DNA of 20,968 nucleotides from Candidatus Sulfobium sp. (GTDB lineage: Bacteria > Nitrospirota > Thermodesulfovibrionia > Thermodesulfovibrionales > UBA6898): contig JARRRI010000039.1 of assembly GCA_037380845.1 (NCBI GenBank), positions 1 through 20,968 on the forward strand, read 5' to 3'. This document shows positions 16,853-20,968 of the stretch, in pieces (position 1 is the first letter of the stretch; each line of letters begins with the position of its first letter). Made by a program: the position numbers and the translations under genes. A model generated the notes under the pieces. It did not search any database and was not told the origin of the DNA. It worked only from the letters and a program-made list of their open reading frames with translations.

Positions 16853-16896
16853 GTTCTGAAGGCCCGGATCCCTTTCAGGGTCCGGACCTTCAGAAC
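16853..16896. terminator. Long hairpin downstream of the region 1.1 gene
   Basis: GTTCTGAAGG/CCTTCAGAAC plus CCGGA/TCCGG and CCCT/AGGG; no U tract. Confidence 0.5.
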
Positions 16897-16965
16897 AACG
16901 GTCGTGCATGACCATGCTCGAGCAAAAAACATTTTCTGGCAAAATCCGAATAATTAATATATAAT

Positions 16966-17346
16966 ATGTATTATAAAATTAATTATCGGGAGCGGTTGTT
17001 TGACGAGCAATGTAACAAAGATCTTCTTTCCCCTCTTTTTTTCTGTCTCTTCTTTTTTGCGGCCCGGGCAATGGCCGCCCAGTCCTCTGACCCGTCCAAG
17101 ACCGGCACGCCAAACCTCACGGTCAACGAAAGCACCATGGCCAAGACTCATGAAGATGCCGCCGAAAACACCTTGTCCAAGAAGAAGAAGTCCGAGATCC
17201 TGGCAAGGGCTCTGAGAGTGCCGCTGGGAGCGGATTGCAAGGCCTACTTTTCCCTGGAGCCGCCGCACGGAATGGAAGCGTTGCGGGAAGAGCTGGAAAA
17301 CAAGACCATTTACCGTGCCGTTTTCGGCGTTAATATCCCTTTGTAG
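16966..17346 (+). CDS. Hypothetical exported protein; true start uncertain (possible frameshift)
   Basis: Hydrophobic FFCLFFFAARAMA signal-like segment; the better RBS/start (GGGAG, TTG 17000) is in another frame. Confidence 0.6.
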   Translation: MYYKINYRERLFDEQCNKDLLSPLFFCLFFFAARAMAAQSSDPSKTGTPNLTVNESTMAKTHEDAAENTLSKKKKSEILARALRVPLGADCKAYFSLEPPHGMEALREELENKTIYRAVFGVNIPL

Positions 17347-17394
17347 AAGTTTTCCCTACTCTCTCCCTGTCCGGCAAACCGGAACGAAGACATT

Positions 17395-17576
17395 TTCACC
17401 CCAGAGACGCAGAGGGCGCAGAGAGGTTTAATTTATATATTTCTGCTGAGACGGCAGAAATATATAAATTGCCATGATGAGCTTTTTTTGTTTTCCGGCC
17501 TCTCACCCGAAAACAAAGTTACAGTATCCGTCCGGTGGTGGATAAATCTCTCCGAACTCTGAGTCTCACCGGTGAA
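17395..17576. mobile_element. MITE-like inverted-repeat element
   Basis: 30-nt terminal IRs, 23/30 match (17395-17424 vs 17547-17576); internal perfect 17-bp IR (17430-17446/17454-17470) and 9-bp IR (17487-17495/17509-17517). Confidence 0.7.
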
Positions 17577-17621
17577 TCAGAATTCTTTCATTTTCTTTGT
17601 ACGCCTGGACCGCTGGTCCGT

Positions 17622-18194
17622 TCATTTCTTAACATCAATTTCATCAGCAGACGGGAAATATCTGATGTATGCGAGTGCGCCGAGGTCGTAGATGAAATGC
17701 AGCTGTACGGGCATGAGAAGATGGCCTGAGATTTGGAAAACGCACCCGATGTAAAAGCCCATTAATGTCGCCGCGACGGCATAGGCGGGGCTTACGAAAT
17801 GGATGAGACCGAAGATGATGCTTGCAGCAACGATTCCAAATTCGGTCTGAAGGACACCTCTGAAGAGCAGCTCCTCTGCAAATCCGGCACTGACAGAAAT
17901 CAGAACAAGTTCCGTTGCGCCGACATCAAGAAAGAGCAACCTGATTTCTTTCAGAACTTTTCTCCTCAGAGAACGGAGGACAGGGACTCTCCCGGCTCTT
18001 TTAGACAATGAACAAATAAATAAAGCGAGCGGCGGCAGAGCCGCCAGGGTGCCCCCGATGATGTCTCCCCGGAAATCCCTCGTCAGAGGGAACAATTCCA
18101 TGCCGAACCAGCGCGCAAGCAAAAGGGCGAGGACCAGCGCCGTGCCTTCCGTCAGAAATACGAGAACCAGAAGCCTCCTTGCGGGATAAGCCAT
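17622..18194 (-). CDS. CPBP (CAAX/Abi) family intramembrane glutamic endopeptidase
   Basis: EELLFRG, FGLIH, H..YD motifs; multiple TM helices. Confidence 0.92.
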   Translation of the reverse strand: MAYPARRLLVLVFLTEGTALVLALLLARWFGMELFPLTRDFRGDIIGGTLAALPPLALFICSLSKRAGRVPVLRSLRRKVLKEIRLLFLDVGATELVLISVSAGFAEELLFRGVLQTEFGIVAASIIFGLIHFVSPAYAVAATLMGFYIGCVFQISGHLLMPVQLHFIYDLGALAYIRYFPSADEIDVKK

Positions 18195-18247
18195 GATTCA
18201 TGATAAATGATCCGGCCGGATTTTATCAGGAAGCGGGCAACCCTGCC

Positions 18248-18275
18248 TTGACATTGCATACCGACGATATATACT
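18248..18275 (+). promoter_or_regulatory. Sigma70 promoter for the osmC operon
   Basis: TTGACA-16-TATACT. Confidence 0.6.
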
Positions 18276-18355
18276 TTCATTAGGAAACGCTTCACATCCG
18301 ACATCAGGTCTGATTAATCTACATTTCTGAACTTTCCGGAAGGAGGATGAAAAAA

Positions 18356-18784
18356 ATGCCTGTACGTAAATCAGAAGCAGTGTGGGAAGGGAAATTGCGT
18401 AACGGAAAGGGGACAATGAAGGTAGGCAGAGGTATTTTTCAGGGAGCCTACTCCTTCGCCTCGCGTTTCGAAAACGGAGAAGGGACCAACCCGGAGGAAC
18501 TGATTGGCGCTGCTCATGCCGGCTGTTTTTCCATGGCGCTTTCACTGTTCCTGGAAGAAGCCGGTTATTCCCCGGAGAGTATCCATACCACAGCCAGTGT
18601 CCATATCGATAAAGTCGGCGCGGGTTTCAAGATCACAATTGTCGAACTGGATACGGAGGCAAAGGTCCCGGACATTGACGAAAAGAAGTTTATGGAGCAG
18701 GCCGAAGCGGCAAAGAAGGGCTGCCCGGTCTCACAGGCCCTGACCGGGACGGAGATCAAACTAAAGGCGAAACTGACAGGCTAA
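18356..18784 (+). CDS. osmC: OsmC family peroxiredoxin
   Basis: [28 protein letters not shown] and CPVSQAL. AGGAGG favours ATG 18356 over 18347. Confidence 0.95.
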   Translation: MPVRKSEAVWEGKLRNGKGTMKVGRGIFQGAYSFASRFENGEGTNPEELIGAAHAGCFSMALSLFLEEAGYSPESIHTTASVHIDKVGAGFKITIVELDTEAKVPDIDEKKFMEQAEAAKKGCPVSQALTGTEIKLKAKLTG

Positions 18785-18794
18785 ATTCTGCACA

Positions 18795-19142
18795 ATGCCG
18801 ATTCTCCTTAAGAGGGCATATGAAAAGCCGGCAAAAAGCGACGGGCGTCGCGTGCTGATTGACGGCTTGTGGCCGCGGGGAATAGGCAAGGACGAAGCGG
18901 GGATAGACCTCTGGCTGAAAGATATAGCGCCAAGCGCCAGGCTGCGGAAGTGGTTCAGCCACGATCCCGAAAAATGGGACGAATTCAGGAGGCACTACTT
19001 CAGGGAACTGGACGATAACCCCGATGCCGTAAACCGGCTTACGGAGATGTTGCGCAAAGGGAAATTGACTCTGGTATATGGCTCAAAGGAAGAGCGTTTC
19101 AATAACGCCGTTGCCCTGAAGGAATATCTGGAGAAAGAATGA
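18795..19142 (+). CDS. DUF488 family protein (YeaO-like)
   Basis: LKRAYE...DG.RVLID.LWPRG..K, W.KDIAPS..LRKWF.HDP. Confidence 0.92.
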   Translation: MPILLKRAYEKPAKSDGRRVLIDGLWPRGIGKDEAGIDLWLKDIAPSARLRKWFSHDPEKWDEFRRHYFRELDDNPDAVNRLTEMLRKGKLTLVYGSKEERFNNAVALKEYLEKE

Positions 19143-19170
19143 TCCTTGTTCCGCGAGGCCAACCGATAGC

Positions 19171-19731
19171 ATGAAACCGATCGGGCCACTCATGATCGAG
19201 CACAGGCTTACAGACCGCATGCTCGACCTCATAAGACGGGAGATATCGAATCTTCGCGGCGGGGCGGCTCCGGTCGATATTTCCTTTGCCGGACAGGTGG
19301 TAGATTTTTTCAGGACCTATGTCGATCTGTGTCATCACGGAAAGGAAGAGGACATTCTTTTCAGGGCACTCGCCGGCAAAAAGATGTCGTCAGACCATAG
19401 AGGGATCATGGATGAGCTGATAGAAGAGCACCGGACCGCACGCACCGTGGTTGCCGCTCTGGACAAGGCGAAAGACATGCATTGCGCCGGCAGCGACAGG
19501 CGCTCCGAGATTAAAGCGGGCTACGAAAAGATAGTGGAGATTTACCCGCCCCACATAGAAAAGGAAGACAAGCACTTCTTCTTCCCCTGCCTCGAATACC
19601 TTGGCAAAGATGAGCAGGACACGATGCTGGCGGAGATGCAGGGCTTCGACGCAAAACTCTTCCATCACACCTATGTGACCATTATTGAGCGGCTGGAGAC
19701 CGCGGGCCGCGGTGAAAAAGACAGGGCCTGA
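19171..19731 (+). CDS. Hemerythrin/HHE cation-binding domain protein
   Basis: EHR, HHGKEE, EEH, HIEKED motifs. Confidence 0.9.
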   Translation: MKPIGPLMIEHRLTDRMLDLIRREISNLRGGAAPVDISFAGQVVDFFRTYVDLCHHGKEEDILFRALAGKKMSSDHRGIMDELIEEHRTARTVVAALDKAKDMHCAGSDRRSEIKAGYEKIVEIYPPHIEKEDKHFFFPCLEYLGKDEQDTMLAEMQGFDAKLFHHTYVTIIERLETAGRGEKDRA

Positions 19732-19793
19732 ACAGCTGGAGGCGGTCATGCAAGGCTTTCACCGCTGTCCTTGTCGCCGGAGTGAAAGATTCG

Positions 19794-19817
19794 AGGCGGG
19801 GAGAATTCTCCCCGCCT
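19794..19817. terminator. Probable bidirectional terminator
   Basis: Perfect 24-nt palindrome AGGCGGGGAGAATTCTCCCCGCCT between convergent genes. Confidence 0.6.
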
Positions 19818-19830
19818 TATATGATGCATG

Positions 19831-20013
19831 CTAATCGGGGTTAATCCTGGTAAACTTTGCGCCTTTCACAGACACACCGGCCATGAGACCCTTCTGATCT
19901 GTGACAAAACCCAGGACTGGATGCTGGCTCACCAGAGTACTGACCGGCAGGTCAAGGCCGGCAGTAATCATGGTCACCTCGGCATCCGCTCCTGCTTCCC
20001 AGCCCTTACTTGA
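19831..20013 (-). pseudogene. C-terminal remnant of a Ysc84/SYLF-domain protein
   Basis: KGWEAGADAEV...PVLGFVTDQKGLMAGVSVKGAKFTRI matches the family C-terminus; the upstream residues and signal peptide are missing. Confidence 0.7.
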
Positions 20014-20407
20014 TCCACGCCTTTTTTTAGTATGACCGATACTAAGTAGGTATGTCGATCCGCAACTCAAAAAGACTATATCCCGAAACACACGTCGTAT
20101 TATCGCCAGTCAAAAGGCTGCTCTTCTATCGGCCTCAAGTGCTGGCGATCTGGCAATCGGTGTTCGTTACTTTTGGCATTTAATGGAGGATAAGGTTTTG
20201 GGCAGGGGGACGTTGGCTCTGTCCTGAACTATGCGGAGTCCCCGACATGAATTACAGGCGACACTCGATAATTTTGTGCCAGGCAATAAGAAGGGCGAGG
20301 TTTTGCCTCGCTTGGTGGGAAAGACATTCGATGAAGCAGTGAAGTGGAGGAATGTCGGATTTAATGGGGCGAGATATTAATCCCGCCCTCATGCATATCA
20401 TTTCAAG

Positions 20408-20968
20408 TCAAGCCCTAAAGACAGCCTGTCCAGCGTCACTGCCCACTGCACAAGCCTGAGGGAAAGTATTGTCCGCAGAAGTATCATCGTCGAGAAAGTA
20501 ACCATAGGATGAGTTGTTGTCAGCGGTGTTACTATTCACAACGTTGGCGTTGGAATTATCAGGGACTGAGATTCCGACCCCATCGCCAGTGCTGGCGGAG
20601 TTATTATCTGCCGTATTGTTATTCACAGTGTTGTTGGAGGAGTCCTGGAGGTGGATTCCGGCCGCATAGGTGACGGCGGAGTAGTTATTATTCGCCGTGT
20701 TGTTATTCACAGTGTTGTTGTGGGAATTGCCGAGGAAGATTCCAACCGCAGACAATAAGACAGCGGAGTTATCATTCGCCTGATTGTTATTCAGAGAGTT
20801 GGAGTCGGAATTAGAGAGGAAGATTCCCTCAAGCCCGTTCAAGTTCGCGGTGTTGTTATTCACCGTGTTATAGCCGCCACCCAAGAGGTAAATTCCAAAG
20901 TAAAAACCCTCGACCGTACAGTCCTTGATGGTGACACCTGACACTCCATAGGAAGTTACGCCTTGACC
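20408..20968 (-). CDS. Right-handed parallel beta-helix (NosD/PbH1) repeat protein, 5' end outside window
   Basis: Repeats GI.L..S.NNTVNNNTA.NN; frame stays open to 20968. Confidence 0.85.
   Translation of the reverse strand, partial: GQGVTSYGVSGVTIKDCTVEGFYFGIYLLGGGYNTVNNNTANLNGLEGIFLSNSDSNSLNNNQANDNSAVLLSAVGIFLGNSHNNTVNNNTANNNYSAVTYAAGIHLQDSSNNTVNNNTADNNSASTGDGVGISVPDNSNANVVNSNTADNNSSYGYFLDDDTSADNTFPQACAVGSDAGQAVFRA

Noticed and set aside
20231..20380. 49-codon plus-strand ORF with LPRLVGKTFDEA (PASTA-like)
   Set aside because: No RBS, too short, and the match overlaps a REP-like palindrome.
20500..20870. AAC-rich repeats as a CRISPR array or DGR template/variable pair
   Set aside because: Repeats are in-frame protein repeats without unique spacers; no reverse transcriptase or cas genes in the window.

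Overview
Window from a diderm, GC-moderate bacterium. Gene content and repeat types suggest a Nitrospirota (Thermodesulfovibrionia-like) or Desulfobacterota-like anaerobe; this is inference only. 1-6127 is the conserved outer-membrane/lipid A operon (bamA-skp-lpxD-fabZ-lpxA-lpxI), with an unusual ~200-nt self-complementary element between skp and lpxD. 6430-8883 is a three-gene membrane redox module (7-heme c + di-heme b + 9-heme c7-type lipoprotein) resembling Geobacter CbcA/B/C. The rest is an accessory patchwork: a TPR protein, DUF445, two orphan tatA genes (each behind a leader ORF) flanking a HAS/NodC-like GT2 synthase, an NTPase, a monoheme cytochrome, a YtkA/FixH-like lipoprotein, a CPBP protease, osmC-DUF488-hemerythrin, a Ysc84/SYLF remnant, a beta-helix gene and several REP/MITE-like elements. 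The best leads are: (i) a 6S RNA-like gene with its own sigma70 promoter outside the usual zapA-ygfA context, ~1 kb from a stand-alone sigma70 region 1.1 mini-protein (two potential DNA mimics acting on RNA polymerase); (ii) a twin-arginine-like leader ORF ending one base change from the RAPP ribosome-arrest motif directly upstream of tatA; (iii) the Cbc-like module. All calls are by-eye motif recognition; no searches were run.
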